This document shows positions 50,718 through 63,470 of a stretch of 64,000 nucleotides of DNA, piece by piece. The position numbers and the translations under genes were made by a program. The DNA lies in assembly GCA_021818285.1 (NCBI GenBank), contig JAKAEO010000002.1, positions 13,363-77,362 on the forward strand. Reading direction: 5' to 3'. The DNA comes from Myxococcales bacterium (GTDB lineage Bacteria; Myxococcota; Myxococcia; Myxococcales; Anaeromyxobacteraceae). The notes under the pieces are model-generated. The model made no database searches. It was not told the DNA's origin and saw nothing but the letters and a program-made list of their open reading frames with translations. The stretch's first letter is position 1. Each line of letters starts with the position of its first letter.

Positions 50718-52648
50718 CCACCGGCGTCGCCTCGGCCTGCCCGCAGTGCGGCGCGCCGCTCCGCTTCGGCGGGGCCGCCAGCCTGGCGGCGGCCTGCGCG
50801 TACTGCCGCGCCGCGGTGGTGCGGAAGGGGGCCGACCTCACCCTCGCCGGCAAGGTGCCGGACCTGGTGGCGGTGGACAGCCGCCTGGCGCTGGGGATGA
50901 CCGGCACCGCCGGCGGCGAGCCCTTCGTGGTGCTGGGCCGCATCCAGCTCTCCCGCGGCGACGCCGCCTGGAACGAGTGGTACGCCAGCTTCCCGCGCGG
51001 CTTCGGCTGGATCGCCGAGGCCCAGGGGCGCCTCTTCCTCACCCGGCGCCAGGAGCCGCGCCCCGGCCTGCCCCGGCGCCGGGCGCTCCACGCCGGGATG
51101 GAGTTCGACCTGCGCGGCGCCGGCCGCTACGCGGTGGACGAGGTGGACGAGGCCCGGCTGGTCTCCTTCGAGGGCGAGCTGCCCTTCGTGCCCGAGCCGG
51201 GCGCCACCTACGGCTACGCCGACGCCACCGCCGGGGACGGGAGCTTCGTCACCCTCGACTACGGCACCGGCGACGAGGATCCCGAGCTCTACGCCGGGCG
51301 CGAGCTGCCCTGGAGCGCGGTGGGGCTGCCGGCGGCGGCCGCCCCGGCCGCGGGCGGCGAGAAGGCGGCGGCCCTGGCCTGCCCGGGGTGCGGCGGGCCC
51401 GTCACCCTGAAGCTCGCCGAGTCCCGCGCCGCCACCTGCCCGTCGTGCCACGGCCTGCTCGACGTCTCGGCCGGCGCCCTGCGGGTGGTCGGCGTCCTCG
51501 CCGGGCGCGGCCAGCCGCCCGTCCCGCTGGGGGCGAAGGGGACGCTGCGCGGCGAGCCGGTGGAGGTGCTGGGCTGGCTCCGGCGCTCGAGCGAGTCGGA
51601 CGGCGAGACCTTCGGCTGGGACGAGCTGCTGCTGCACGGCCCGGGCGGATACCGCTGGCTCTCCCACGACCAGGGCCACTGGCTGTTCCTGCGCCCCGTC
51701 CCGGCCGGCAAGGTGAGCGGCGTCGAGGGGCGCGCCTACCGCTGCGACGGCCGCACCTTCAAGCACTTCCAGAGCTCCGAGGCCCGGACCGACGAGCTGC
51801 AGGGGGAGTTCTACTGGGAGCTGCGCCAGGGCGAGACCATCCGCACCGAGGACTACGTGGCCCCGCCCTACCTCCTCTCGGTGGAGCGCACCGAGGGGGA
51901 GGTGGCCTGGACCCGCGGCGAGGACGTGCCCGGCGCCGAGATCTGGGCGGCCCTCGGCCTCCCGGGGCGCCCGCCGCGGCCGGTGGGCGTGGGCGCCGCC
52001 GAGCCGAACCCCTGGAAGCCCCGGGCCGCGAGCGCCTGGAAGGTGGGCGGCGTCGCCCTGCTGGCGCTCGGCGCGGCGGCGCTGCTGCTCGCGGTGCTGG
52101 CGCCGCGGCAGGTGGTGGCGGAGCTGGACGCGCCGCTCGACCCGGGGCGCGTCACCCTCTCCGAGCCCTTCGACCTCCCGGACGGCCGCCAGGCGGTGGC
52201 CATCGAGGCCTCGGCCGCGGTGCGCCAGGCCTGGGTGGGGCTCGACGTGGCGCTGATCGACGACTCGACCGGGAAGAGCGAGGCGGTGGGCTTCGAGCTC
52301 TCCCGCTTCAGCGGGCGCGACGGCGGCGAGGACTGGTCGGAGGGCTCGGACCACGGCCGGGCGGTGGCCGGCGGCCTGCCCGGCGGGCGCTACGTGCTCC
52401 GCGTCGAGCCGGTGCTCGATCCGGCCTCTCGCGCCCGGGTGGGCCCGAGCGCCCACGTCAAGGTGGTGCGCGGCGTCTTCCTGCTGCCCCCGCTGCTGCT
52501 GGCGCTGCTCGCCGTCCTGGCCTGGCCGCTGCTCGCCACCGTGGCCGTCGCCTCCTTCGAGAAGCGGCGCTGGGACGGGAGCGACCACGTCCCCGGCGCC
52601 GCCCTGAAGGCGGCGGCGCGCCAGGTCTCCGGGGAGGAGGACGGATGA
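50714..52648 (+). CDS. Tandem DUF4178 protein with N-terminal zinc ribbon and C-terminal transmembrane segments
   Basis: CPQCGAPL...CAYC; there are two DUF4178-like repeats. The GTG start overlaps the speH stop. Confidence 0.65.
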   Translation: MTTGVASACPQCGAPLRFGGAASLAAACAYCRAAVVRKGADLTLAGKVPDLVAVDSRLALGMTGTAGGEPFVVLGRIQLSRGDAAWNEWYASFPRGFGWIAEAQGRLFLTRRQEPRPGLPRRRALHAGMEFDLRGAGRYAVDEVDEARLVSFEGELPFVPEPGATYGYADATAGDGSFVTLDYGTGDEDPELYAGRELPWSAVGLPAAAAPAAGGEKAAALACPGCGGPVTLKLAESRAATCPSCHGLLDVSAGALRVVGVLAGRGQPPVPLGAKGTLRGEPVEVLGWLRRSSESDGETFGWDELLLHGPGGYRWLSHDQGHWLFLRPVPAGKVSGVEGRAYRCDGRTFKHFQSSEARTDELQGEFYWELRQGETIRTEDYVAPPYLLSVERTEGEVAWTRGEDVPGAEIWAALGLPGRPPRPVGVGAAEPNPWKPRAASAWKVGGVALLALGAAALLLAVLAPRQVVAELDAPLDPGRVTLSEPFDLPDGRQAVAIEASAAVRQAWVGLDVALIDDSTGKSEAVGFELSRFSGRDGGEDWSEGSDHGRAVAGGLPGGRYVLRVEPVLDPASRARVGPSAHVKVVRGVFLLPPLLLALLAVLAWPLLATVAVASFEKRRWDGSDHVPGAALKAAARQVSGEEDG

Positions 52649-52827
52649 AGGCCTACGCCCTGTTCTGCGCCCTGGTGGTCGCCGGCTTCGCCGTCCTGGA
52701 GCGGCGCGGCGTCAACCTGGTCCCCGAGACACACCACGTCGTCGTCCCGGCGTCGGTCCGCGGCTCGCCTGGCGGCTACCGCGTCTACCGCAGCTGGGGC
52801 GGCGGCGGATTCCGAGGAGGCAAGTGA
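52645..52827 (+). CDS. Small (60 aa) hydrophobic hypothetical protein
   Basis: An ATG follows a GGAGGAGG RBS. MKAYALFCALVVAGFAVLERRG...; the stop overlaps the DUF350 start. Confidence 0.4.
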   Translation: MKAYALFCALVVAGFAVLERRGVNLVPETHHVVVPASVRGSPGGYRVYRSWGGGGFRGGK

Positions 52828-53036
52828 TGGGTCCCACCCTGTCGAACCTGCTCGCCAGCGTCGCCTACTCGGCGATCGGCATCGTCATCTTCGTCGTCGC
52901 CTACAAGGTGATGGAGCGCATCCTCCCCTACAACCTCGACAAGGAGCTGGCCGAGGACCACAACACCGCGGTGGGGCTGGTGATCGGCTCGATCATGCTC
53001 GGGCTGGCCATCATCATCGCCGCGGCGATCCACTGA
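52827..53036 (+). CDS. DUF350 (YjfL-like) small membrane protein
   Basis: 69 aa with two transmembrane segments: MMGPTLSNLLASVAYSAIGIVIFVVAYKVME... Confidence 0.75.
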   Translation: MGPTLSNLLASVAYSAIGIVIFVVAYKVMERILPYNLDKELAEDHNTAVGLVIGSIMLGLAIIIAAAIH

Positions 53037-53039
53037 GCG

Positions 53040-54575
53040 ATGGAGACGGCCGAGCCGGAGCGCCCGCCCGCGGCGCGCACCGCCGCCCTGTTCGCGGCGG
53101 TGCTGCTGGTCTCCGCCTGCGGCCTGGCCTACGAGCTGGCCGCCGGGGCGCTGGCCTCCTACGTCCTCGGCGACTCGGTCACCCAGTTCTCGCTGGTCAT
53201 CGGGCTCTACCTCTCGGCCATGGGGGTGGGGGCCTACCTCTCCCGCTGGCTGGACCGGGGGCTGGCGCGCGCCTTCGTCGAGGTGGAGCTGGGGGTGGCG
53301 CTGCTCGGCGGCTGGTCGGTCCCGGTGCTGTTCCTGGCCTTCGGCCGGGTGGCCCACTTCCGCCCGCTGCTCTGGGCCGCGGTCCTGCTGGTGGGCACGC
53401 TGGTGGGGCTGGAGATCCCGCTCTTCCTGCGGCTGCTGCGCCGGCGGCTGGCCTTCAAGGAGCTGGTGGCCCGGGTGCTCTCGCTCGACTACCTGGGCGC
53501 GCTGGTGGCCTCGATCCTCTTCCCCCTGCTCTTCGTGCCGCGGCTCGGCCTGGTGCGGACCTCGCTGGTGCTGGGGGCGGTGAACGCCCTGGTGGCGCTC
53601 TGGAGCACCTGGCTCCTGGCCGACGAGCTGCGGGCCCCGGGCCGCCTGCGGGCGCGCGCCCTGCTGGTGCTGGCGGTGCTGGGCGGCGGGGTGGCGGCCG
53701 CCGACCGCCTCACCTCGCTCTCCGAGGAGGCGCTCTTCACCGACCCCATCGTCTTCGCCCGGCAGACGCCCTACCAGCGCATCGTCGTCACCGCCGGGCG
53801 CGGCAGCTTCCAGCTCTTCCTCGACGGCAACCTGCAGTTCTCCTCGTCCGACGAGTACCGCTACCACGAGGCGCTGGTGCACCCGGCCATGGCGGCGGCC
53901 GCCTCGCGGCGGGAGGTGCTGGTGCTGGGCGGCGGCGACGGCCTGGCGGTGCGGGAGATCCTGCTCCACCCCGACGTCGCCCACGTCACCCTGGTGGACC
54001 TCGATCCGGAGATGACGGCGCTGGCGGTCGGGTTGCCGATGGTGCGGGAGCTGAACCGGGGCTCGCTGCTCGACGCCCGGGTGCGGGTGGTGAACGACGA
54101 CGCCATGGCCTGGCTGGCCGGGCTGCCGGCGGCGCGCCGCTTCGACGTGGTCTTCGCCGACTTCCCCGATCCCAACAACTTCGCGCTGGGGAAGCTCTAC
54201 ACCACCCGCTTCTACCGGCTGGTCCGGGCCCACCTGGCGCCGGGCGGGGCCTTCGCCGTCCAGGCCACCTCGCCGCTGCTGGCGCGGCGCTCCTTCTGGT
54301 GCATCGCCGCCACCCTGGAGGCGGCCGGCTTCGCGGTGCGCCCCTACCACACCGCCGTGCCCTCCTTCGGGGAGTGGGGCTTCATGCTGGCGCGCACCGA
54401 GCCCTTCGCGCTGCCCGGCACCCTGCAGCCGGGGCTGCGCTCGCTCACCGCCGCGCAGCTCCCCGGCCTCTTCTCCTTCGGCCCCGACCTGGCGCGGGTG
54501 CCGGCCGAGGTGAACCGCCTCGACAACCAGGTGCTGGTGCACACCTACGAGGAGGAGTGGAGGCGCGTCGAGTGA
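53040..54575 (+). CDS. speE: Polyamine aminopropyltransferase (spermidine-synthase-like) with N-terminal multi-transmembrane domain
   Basis: The first roughly 230 aa are membrane-embedded. The C-terminal class I AdoMet-dependent methyltransferase-like fold contains VLVLGGGDGLAVREIL...VDLDPEM...DFPDP. Confidence 0.8.
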   Translation: METAEPERPPAARTAALFAAVLLVSACGLAYELAAGALASYVLGDSVTQFSLVIGLYLSAMGVGAYLSRWLDRGLARAFVEVELGVALLGGWSVPVLFLAFGRVAHFRPLLWAAVLLVGTLVGLEIPLFLRLLRRRLAFKELVARVLSLDYLGALVASILFPLLFVPRLGLVRTSLVLGAVNALVALWSTWLLADELRAPGRLRARALLVLAVLGGGVAAADRLTSLSEEALFTDPIVFARQTPYQRIVVTAGRGSFQLFLDGNLQFSSSDEYRYHEALVHPAMAAAASRREVLVLGGGDGLAVREILLHPDVAHVTLVDLDPEMTALAVGLPMVRELNRGSLLDARVRVVNDDAMAWLAGLPAARRFDVVFADFPDPNNFALGKLYTTRFYRLVRAHLAPGGAFAVQATSPLLARRSFWCIAATLEAAGFAVRPYHTAVPSFGEWGFMLARTEPFALPGTLQPGLRSLTAAQLPGLFSFGPDLARVPAEVNRLDNQVLVHTYEEEWRRVE

Positions 54576-54603
54576 GGCCCTCCCTCGCCAGGCGGGCGGA
54601 GCG

Positions 54604-56220
54604 GTGAAGGCGCTCTCGCGCCGCGAGCTGCTCACCCTCTTCCTGGGCGCGCCGGTGGCCGCCGCCTGCCGCGCCCGGCCGGCACCGGCGCTGGACTTCG
54701 ACGGCCGCATCGCCGGGGCCGACCACGCGGTCGGGCACCGGGTGCGCGACGGCTTCCGGCCGCGCCCCGAGACCGAGTCGCGCTGCGGCGTGCTCGTCGT
54801 CGGCGGGGGCATCGCCGGCCTCTCGGCCGGCTGGCGCCTCTCCCGGGCCGGGGTCGAGGACTGGCGCCTGCTGGAGCTGGACGGGGTGCCGGGCGGCACC
54901 GCCCGCGGCGGAGCGTCGGCGGTGGGCCCCTACCCCTGGGGCGCCCACTACCTCCCCTGCCCGCTCCCCCACGCCCGCGCCACCGTGGAGCTGCTCCGGG
55001 AGATGGGGGCCGCGACGGTGGACGGCGAGGGCCGGCTCGCCTTCGACGAGGCCCAGCTCTGCCGCGCCCCGCAGGAGCGGCTCTTCGTCGCCGACCGCTG
55101 GTACGAGGGGCTCTTCCCGCGGGCCGGCGCCAGCGACCGGGACCTGGCCGAGTGGGCGCGCTTCCAGGCCGAGACGGCGCGCCTCGCCGCGCTGCACGAC
55201 GGGCGCGGCCGGAAGGTCTTCGCGGTGCCGTCGGCCCACGGGAGCGACGACCCCGCCTGGACGGCGCTCGACCGGCTGTCCTTCGCCGACTGGTTCGCGG
55301 CGCGGGGCTTCCGCAGCCCCCGGCTGCGCTGGATGCTGGAGTACGCCTGCCGCGACGACTACGGCTCGACCCCGGAGGACACCAGCGCCTGGGCCGGCCT
55401 CCACTACTTCGCCTGCCGGACCGAGACCGGGGGGCCGGACGACCTGCTCACCTGGCCGGAGGGCAACGCCCGGATCGCCTCCTGGCTGGCCCGGGGCGCC
55501 GGGCGCCGCGTCGAGACCGGCGTGGCGGTGCTGGCGGTCGAGCCGCTGGCGCGCGGCGCGGCGGTCCTGGCCTGGCGGCCCTCCACCGGGAGGGCGGAGC
55601 GGATCGTCGCCGACCAGGTGGTGCTGGCGGTGCCCCGCGTGGTGGCGGCGCGGATGCTGCCCCACCCGCGCCTCGCCGCCGAGGCGCGCGAGTTCCGGGC
55701 GGGCGCCTGGCTGGTGGCGAACCTCACCCTGCGCCGCCGGCCCCGCTCCCGCGGCTTCCCGGAGGCCTGGGACAACGTGCTCTACGGGTCGAAGAGCCTG
55801 GGCTACGTGGTGGCCACCCACCAGACCGACCGGCACGGCCCGCCGGGCCCGGGGCAGTGGACCTGGTACCTGTCGCTCACCGACGCCGACGCCCCGGCCG
55901 CGCACCGCTGGCTGGCGGGGCTCTCCTGGCGCGAGGGGGCGGAGCTGGTGGTGGCCGACCTGTCGCGCGCCCACCCCGACGTCGGCGCCTGCATCGAGCG
56001 GCTCGACCTCTGGCGCTGGGGCCACGCCATGATCCGCCCGCGCCCGGGCTTCGTCTTCTCGCCGCTGCGGCGCGAGGCCTGGCGGCCGATCGGCGACGTC
56101 CACTTCGCCCACACCGACCTCTCCGCGCTGCCGCTCTTCGAGGAGGCGCAGCACCACGGCGTCCGCGCCGCCGAGGAGATCCTCCGGAAGCGGGGGGTGC
56201 GGTCGCCCAGCTTGCTCTAG
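54604..56220 (+). CDS. FAD-dependent amine-oxidase-like oxidoreductase with Tat signal
   Basis: The Tat signal is RRELLTLFLGAPVAAAC. The FAD-binding motif is VLVVGGGIAGLSAG. Confidence 0.75.
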   Translation: MKALSRRELLTLFLGAPVAAACRARPAPALDFDGRIAGADHAVGHRVRDGFRPRPETESRCGVLVVGGGIAGLSAGWRLSRAGVEDWRLLELDGVPGGTARGGASAVGPYPWGAHYLPCPLPHARATVELLREMGAATVDGEGRLAFDEAQLCRAPQERLFVADRWYEGLFPRAGASDRDLAEWARFQAETARLAALHDGRGRKVFAVPSAHGSDDPAWTALDRLSFADWFAARGFRSPRLRWMLEYACRDDYGSTPEDTSAWAGLHYFACRTETGGPDDLLTWPEGNARIASWLARGAGRRVETGVAVLAVEPLARGAAVLAWRPSTGRAERIVADQVVLAVPRVVAARMLPHPRLAAEAREFRAGAWLVANLTLRRRPRSRGFPEAWDNVLYGSKSLGYVVATHQTDRHGPPGPGQWTWYLSLTDADAPAAHRWLAGLSWREGAELVVADLSRAHPDVGACIERLDLWRWGHAMIRPRPGFVFSPLRREAWRPIGDVHFAHTDLSALPLFEEAQHHGVRAAEEILRKRGVRSPSLL

Positions 56221-56227
56221 CGCCGGG

Positions 56228-58165
56228 ATGGGGCCGGCGTGGGTGCTTCTCCCACCGCCGGCCCGGCGGGAGCGCGCCGCCCGGATGCTCGCTCCGGTCC
56301 GCGGATGGGCGATACTGGACGGCGTGGCATACTCGGGGGAAGGCCACGACGAGGTCGAGGTGCGACCTGCCGCCGGAACGGTGAAGGACCCGGCCGCGGA
56401 GCTGGACGTCCGCGCGGCGGACGCCCGCGCGCCCGGCGAGAGCGAGGAGCGCTACCGCCAGCTGGTGGAGCTGGTGCCGGACGCGGTGGCGATCCACGCG
56501 GGCGGCCGGCTGGTCTTCGTCAACGAGGCGGCGGCCCGGCTCCTCGGCGCGGGCGACCGGGCGGCGCTCCTCGGGCGGCCGGTCCTCGACTTCGTCCACC
56601 CCTCGTCGCGAGACGCGGTCGCGGCGCGGATGCGCCGGGCGGCGGGGGGCGAGCGCCTGCCGCCGATGGAGGAGCTGCTGGTGCGCGCCGACGGCGGCGC
56701 CCTCGCCGTCGAGGCCTCGGCCGCTCCCTGCCGCTTCGAGGGACGGCCCGCGGTGATGGTGGCCCTGCGCGACCTCACCGCCACCCGGCGGACCGAGCGG
56801 ATCCAGTCGGCGCTGTTCCGCATCGCCGAGCTCACCAGCGTCCAGCCCGACATGGCGGCGTTCTACGCCTCCATCCACGCCATCGTCTCCGAGCTGATGT
56901 ACGCGCACAACTTCTACATCGCGCTCCGGGACGAGGAGGGGGGGACCATCCACTTCCCCTACTTCGCGGACGCCGTCGACCCGAACCCCGGGCGCATCGA
57001 CGCGGGCAAGACCCTCACCGGCTGGGTGCTGCGCACCGGCCGGCCCATGCTGGTTCCGCCCGAGGTGTTCCAGGAGATGGTGGACCGGGGCGACATCGAG
57101 CTGGTGGGCAGCCCCTCGCTGGACTGGCTGGGGGTGCCGCTGCGGCGCGGCGACGAGGTCTTCGGGGTGCTGGTGGTGCAGAGCTACACCGAGCGTCGCC
57201 GCTACGGCGCGGCCGACTGCGACCTGCTCACCTTCGTGTCGCAGCACGTCGCCAGCGCCATCGACCGCAAGCGCGCCGCCGACGCCCTCCGCGAGAGCGA
57301 GGCCAAGTTCCGGACGCTGGCCGAGACCACGCCGGTGGCCACCTTCATCGCCCAGGGGGGCGCGCTGCGCTACGTGAACGCCGCCATGGAGGCGCTCACC
57401 GGGTACCGGCGCGACGAGCTGCTGCGGATGAGCCTCGCCGACCTGGTCCACCCCGCCCACCGCGAACGGCTCCCGCTGAACGACCTGGCCCCGGTGGAGG
57501 CGGCGTCCGACGGCGGGGAGATCCTCTTCACCTGCAAGGACGGCGGCGGCAGGTGGCTGGCCCTCTCGACGGGCTACCTCGAGTACGAGGGGCGGCCGGC
57601 GCTGCTGGTCTCGGCCTTCGACACCACCGAGCGCCGCCGCGTCGAGGAACAGGTCCGCGACCTGGCCTTCCAGGACCCGCTCACCGGCCTCCCCAACCGC
57701 CGACTCTTCGTGGACCGGCTTCAGCTGGCGGTGGCCCAGGCCCACCGGACCGTGCAGCCGCTGGCGGTCTTCTTCCTGGACCTCGACCGGTTCAAGAGCA
57801 TCAACGACACGCTGGGCCACGGCGTCGGCGACCAGATCCTCATCGAGGTCGGGCGGCGCCTCCGCGAGTCGGTGCGCGAGGGCGACACGGTGGCGCGCCT
57901 GGGCGGCGACGAGTTCATCCTGCTCCTGCCCGGCGTCGGCCGGCCCGAGGACGTGAACGCGGTCGCCGGGAAGCTGCTGGAGGGCTTCCGCGCCCCGTTC
58001 CTCGTCGCCGGCAGCGAGCTGGCCGTCACCGCCAGCCTCGGGGTGAGCGTCTTCCCCGGCGACGGCGGCGGGGGGGAGGCGCTGCTGCGCAGCGCCGACA
58101 CCGCCATGTACCGGGCCAAGCAGGAGGGGCGCGCCACCTGGCGGCTCCACAAGCCCGCGGCCTGA
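56228..58165 (+). CDS. Diguanylate cyclase with PAS-GAF-PAS sensor domains (GGDEF)
   Basis: The C-terminus has ...RLGGDEFILLL... (GGDEF) with RxxD-type context. The start is uncertain: ATG at 56228 or 56285. Confidence 0.8.
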   Translation: MGPAWVLLPPPARRERAARMLAPVRGWAILDGVAYSGEGHDEVEVRPAAGTVKDPAAELDVRAADARAPGESEERYRQLVELVPDAVAIHAGGRLVFVNEAAARLLGAGDRAALLGRPVLDFVHPSSRDAVAARMRRAAGGERLPPMEELLVRADGGALAVEASAAPCRFEGRPAVMVALRDLTATRRTERIQSALFRIAELTSVQPDMAAFYASIHAIVSELMYAHNFYIALRDEEGGTIHFPYFADAVDPNPGRIDAGKTLTGWVLRTGRPMLVPPEVFQEMVDRGDIELVGSPSLDWLGVPLRRGDEVFGVLVVQSYTERRRYGAADCDLLTFVSQHVASAIDRKRAADALRESEAKFRTLAETTPVATFIAQGGALRYVNAAMEALTGYRRDELLRMSLADLVHPAHRERLPLNDLAPVEAASDGGEILFTCKDGGGRWLALSTGYLEYEGRPALLVSAFDTTERRRVEEQVRDLAFQDPLTGLPNRRLFVDRLQLAVAQAHRTVQPLAVFFLDLDRFKSINDTLGHGVGDQILIEVGRRLRESVREGDTVARLGGDEFILLLPGVGRPEDVNAVAGKLLEGFRAPFLVAGSELAVTASLGVSVFPGDGGGGEALLRSADTAMYRAKQEGRATWRLHKPAA

Positions 58166-58461
58166 GGCCGCCGGGGCCGCTGCGGGCCCGTCGCCCACCG
58201 GACCCGGCTCGCGCCCGGGCGCACCGGAACGTCGCGCAGCCTTTGCGGGGCGGGGCGCCTAGTTGCGCGTCCCGCCCCGGTCCTCTTTTTCGCGTCCGAT
58301 CGAAATCTCCCCTCGCGGCGCCTGGTTCGCCGATCGCCGCTCCCTGGCGCAGGCCGTGCATGCCCGCGCGGCACCGGAGAGAAGCTCCGCCGCTGCCGCC
58401 CCGCCGAAAAGCCCGGTGGCGCACCACTTATCGGCCCGCGCGGCCGGAACGGAGGAAGGTC

Positions 58462-58650
58462 ATGGCGAACAAGATCACCGAGGACTGCACCAGCTGCGGC
58501 GCCTGCGAGCCGGAGTGCTCGACGCAGGCCATCTCCCAGGGCGACGACTACTACGTCATCGACGCCGCCAAGTGCGACGAGTGCAAGGCCGCCGGCCAGG
58601 ACCCGGCCTGCATGTCGGTCTGCCCGACCGACTGCATCGTCAAGGCGTAG
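58462..58650 (+). CDS. 4Fe-4S ferredoxin (62 aa)
   Basis: The cluster-binding motifs are [11 protein letters not shown] and [31 protein letters not shown] is present. Confidence 0.8.
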   Translation: MANKITEDCTSCGACEPECSTQAISQGDDYYVIDAAKCDECKAAGQDPACMSVCPTDCIVKA

Positions 58651-58689
58651 CGCGCCCGCGCCCGCCACCGGCCCCGCGGGCCGGCCGTG

Positions 58690-58720
58690 CCCCGGTCCCT
58701 CGACCGGGGCATTTTCTTGT
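58690..58720 (+). terminator. Intrinsic (rho-independent) terminator after the ferredoxin gene
   Basis: The hairpin is CCCCGGTC-cctc-GACCGGGG, followed by cATTTTCTTGT. Confidence 0.6.
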
Positions 58721-58897
58721 CTTCCCGCGCGCCGCCGGCGGGCCGCGCCTGACGCGCGACGCCGTCCCTGCCGGGATCCGCGGTCCGGTCACACGTGGGG
58801 GGGCGGGTTGATCCGCCGCGGCTCCGCGGCAAAGAGTCTGTTCACTCGTCGATGGCTTCCCGCCGGGCGCCCCGCCCGGCCTTCCCGGGAGTGAACG

Positions 58898-59368
<471 letters not shown>

Positions 59369-59370
59369 CC

Positions 59371-61731
<2,361 letters not shown>

Positions 61732-61741
61732 GGGAGGAGCC

Positions 61742-62536
61742 ATGCAGAACTTCGGATTCCAGAAGCCCCGGGACCTGGCCGCCGCGGTGGCGGCGGCGAA
61801 GAAGGCACCGGAGGGGAAGTACCTGGGCGGCGGCCAGAGCCTGCTGCCGGTGATGAAGCTGGGGCTGGCGGCGCCCAGCGAGCTCATCGCCCTGTCCGGG
61901 CTCGCCGAGCTGAAGGGCGTCCGCGTCGAGGGCAAGGAGCTGGTGATCGGCGCCGGCACCACCCACGCCGAGGTGGCCGCCTCGGCCGAGGTGAAGAAGG
62001 CCATCCCCGCCCTCGCCGACCTGGCCGGTCACATCGGCGATCCCCAGGTGCGCAACCGCGGGACGCTGGGCGGCTCGCTGGCCCACGACGACCCCTCGGC
62101 CGACTACCCGGCGGCGGTGCTGGCGCTCGGCGCCACGGTGGTCACCGACCGCCGCAGGATCGCCGCCGACGCCTTCTTCCAGGGGATGTTCCAGACGGCG
62201 CTGGCGCCCGACGAGGTGATCACCGCGGTCCGCTTCCCGCTGCCGGAGAAGGCGGCCTACGCCAAGTTCCCGCACCCGGCGTCGAAGTTCGCCCTGGTGG
62301 GCGTCTTCGTGGCCCGGGGGGCGGGCGGCGTGCGCGTCGCCGTCACCGGCGCCGGTCCCTCGGTGCACCGCTCGGCGCCGCTGGAGAAGGCGCTCGCCGC
62401 CCGCTTCGCCCCGGAGGCGCTCGCCGGGGTGGCGGTGCCGGCCGGCGGGCTGCAGAACGACCCCTTCGGCAGCGCCGAGTACCGCGCCCACCTGGTGGCG
62501 GTGATGGCCCGCCGGGCGGTGGCCGCGTGCGGCTGA
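61742..62536 (+). CDS. coxM: CO-dehydrogenase-like medium subunit (FAD-binding)
   Basis: [16 protein letters not shown]...[14 protein letters not shown]..., the FAD-binding PCMH-type fold. Confidence 0.85.
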   Translation: MQNFGFQKPRDLAAAVAAAKKAPEGKYLGGGQSLLPVMKLGLAAPSELIALSGLAELKGVRVEGKELVIGAGTTHAEVAASAEVKKAIPALADLAGHIGDPQVRNRGTLGGSLAHDDPSADYPAAVLALGATVVTDRRRIAADAFFQGMFQTALAPDEVITAVRFPLPEKAAYAKFPHPASKFALVGVFVARGAGGVRVAVTGAGPSVHRSAPLEKALAARFAPEALAGVAVPAGGLQNDPFGSAEYRAHLVAVMARRAVAACG

Positions 62537-62543
62537 GCCGGAT

Positions 62544-63470
62544 ATGGGGAGGGACGTGAGCGCGCCCCTCCCCCTGCCGGCCAGCGTGGACCAGGCCCAG
62601 GCGCTGCTCGCCGCGGGCGACTACGTCGCCGACCGGGCGCTGGCCACGGCGCTGTTCCTCTCGCTGCGGCTCGGCCGCCCCCTCTTCCTCGAGGGCGAGG
62701 CCGGGGTGGGCAAGACCGAGGTCGCCAAGGTCCTGGCCCAGGGGCTCTCCCGCCGGCTCATCCGGCTGCAGTGCTACGAGGGGCTGGACCTGGCCTCCGC
62801 CGCCTACGAGTGGGACGTGAAGCGGCAGATGCTGGAGATCCGCGTGGCCGAGGCGGCCCACGAGCTGGGGCGGCAGCGCATCGAGGAGGGGCTCTACGAC
62901 CGCCGCTTCCTGGTGCGGCGGCCGCTGCTCGAGGCCCTGGAGCCCGACCCGGCCGGCCCGCCGGTGCTGCTCATCGACGAGCTGGACCGGACCGACGAGC
63001 CCTTCGAGGCCTTCCTGCTCGAGGTGCTCTCCGAGTTCCAGCTCACCATCCCCGAGCTGGGCACGGTGACGGCCCGCGAGCCGCCGCTGGTGATCGTCAC
63101 CTCCAACCGCACCCGGGAGATCCACGACGCCCTGAAGCGCCGCTGCTTCTACGCCTGGATCGACTACCCCGACGCCACCCGCGAGCTGGAGATCGTCCGC
63201 CGCAAGGTGCCGGCCGCCGCCGAGCGCCTGGCGCGCGAGGTGGTGGGCTTCGTGCAGGCGCTGCGGACCCGCGACCTGTTCAAGGTGCCGGGCGTGGCCG
63301 AGACCCTCGACTGGACCCAGGCCCTCATCGCCCTCGACCGGACGGCGCTCGACGCCGAGGCGGTGGACGGCACGCTCGGGGTGCTGCTCAAGTACCAGGA
63401 CGACATCGCCCGGATCCGCGGCGCCGAGGCCGGGGCGCTGCTCGCCGCCGCCCAGGCGCCGGGCGGGTGA
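62544..63470 (+). CDS. coxD: MoxR-like AAA+ ATPase (CoxD-type maturation factor)
   Basis: The Walker A motif is GEAGVGKT and the Walker B motif is LLIDELD. Confidence 0.85.
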   Translation: MGRDVSAPLPLPASVDQAQALLAAGDYVADRALATALFLSLRLGRPLFLEGEAGVGKTEVAKVLAQGLSRRLIRLQCYEGLDLASAAYEWDVKRQMLEIRVAEAAHELGRQRIEEGLYDRRFLVRRPLLEALEPDPAGPPVLLIDELDRTDEPFEAFLLEVLSEFQLTIPELGTVTAREPPLVIVTSNRTREIHDALKRRCFYAWIDYPDATRELEIVRRKVPAAAERLAREVVGFVQALRTRDLFKVPGVAETLDWTQALIALDRTALDAEAVDGTLGVLLKYQDDIARIRGAEAGALLAAAQAPGG

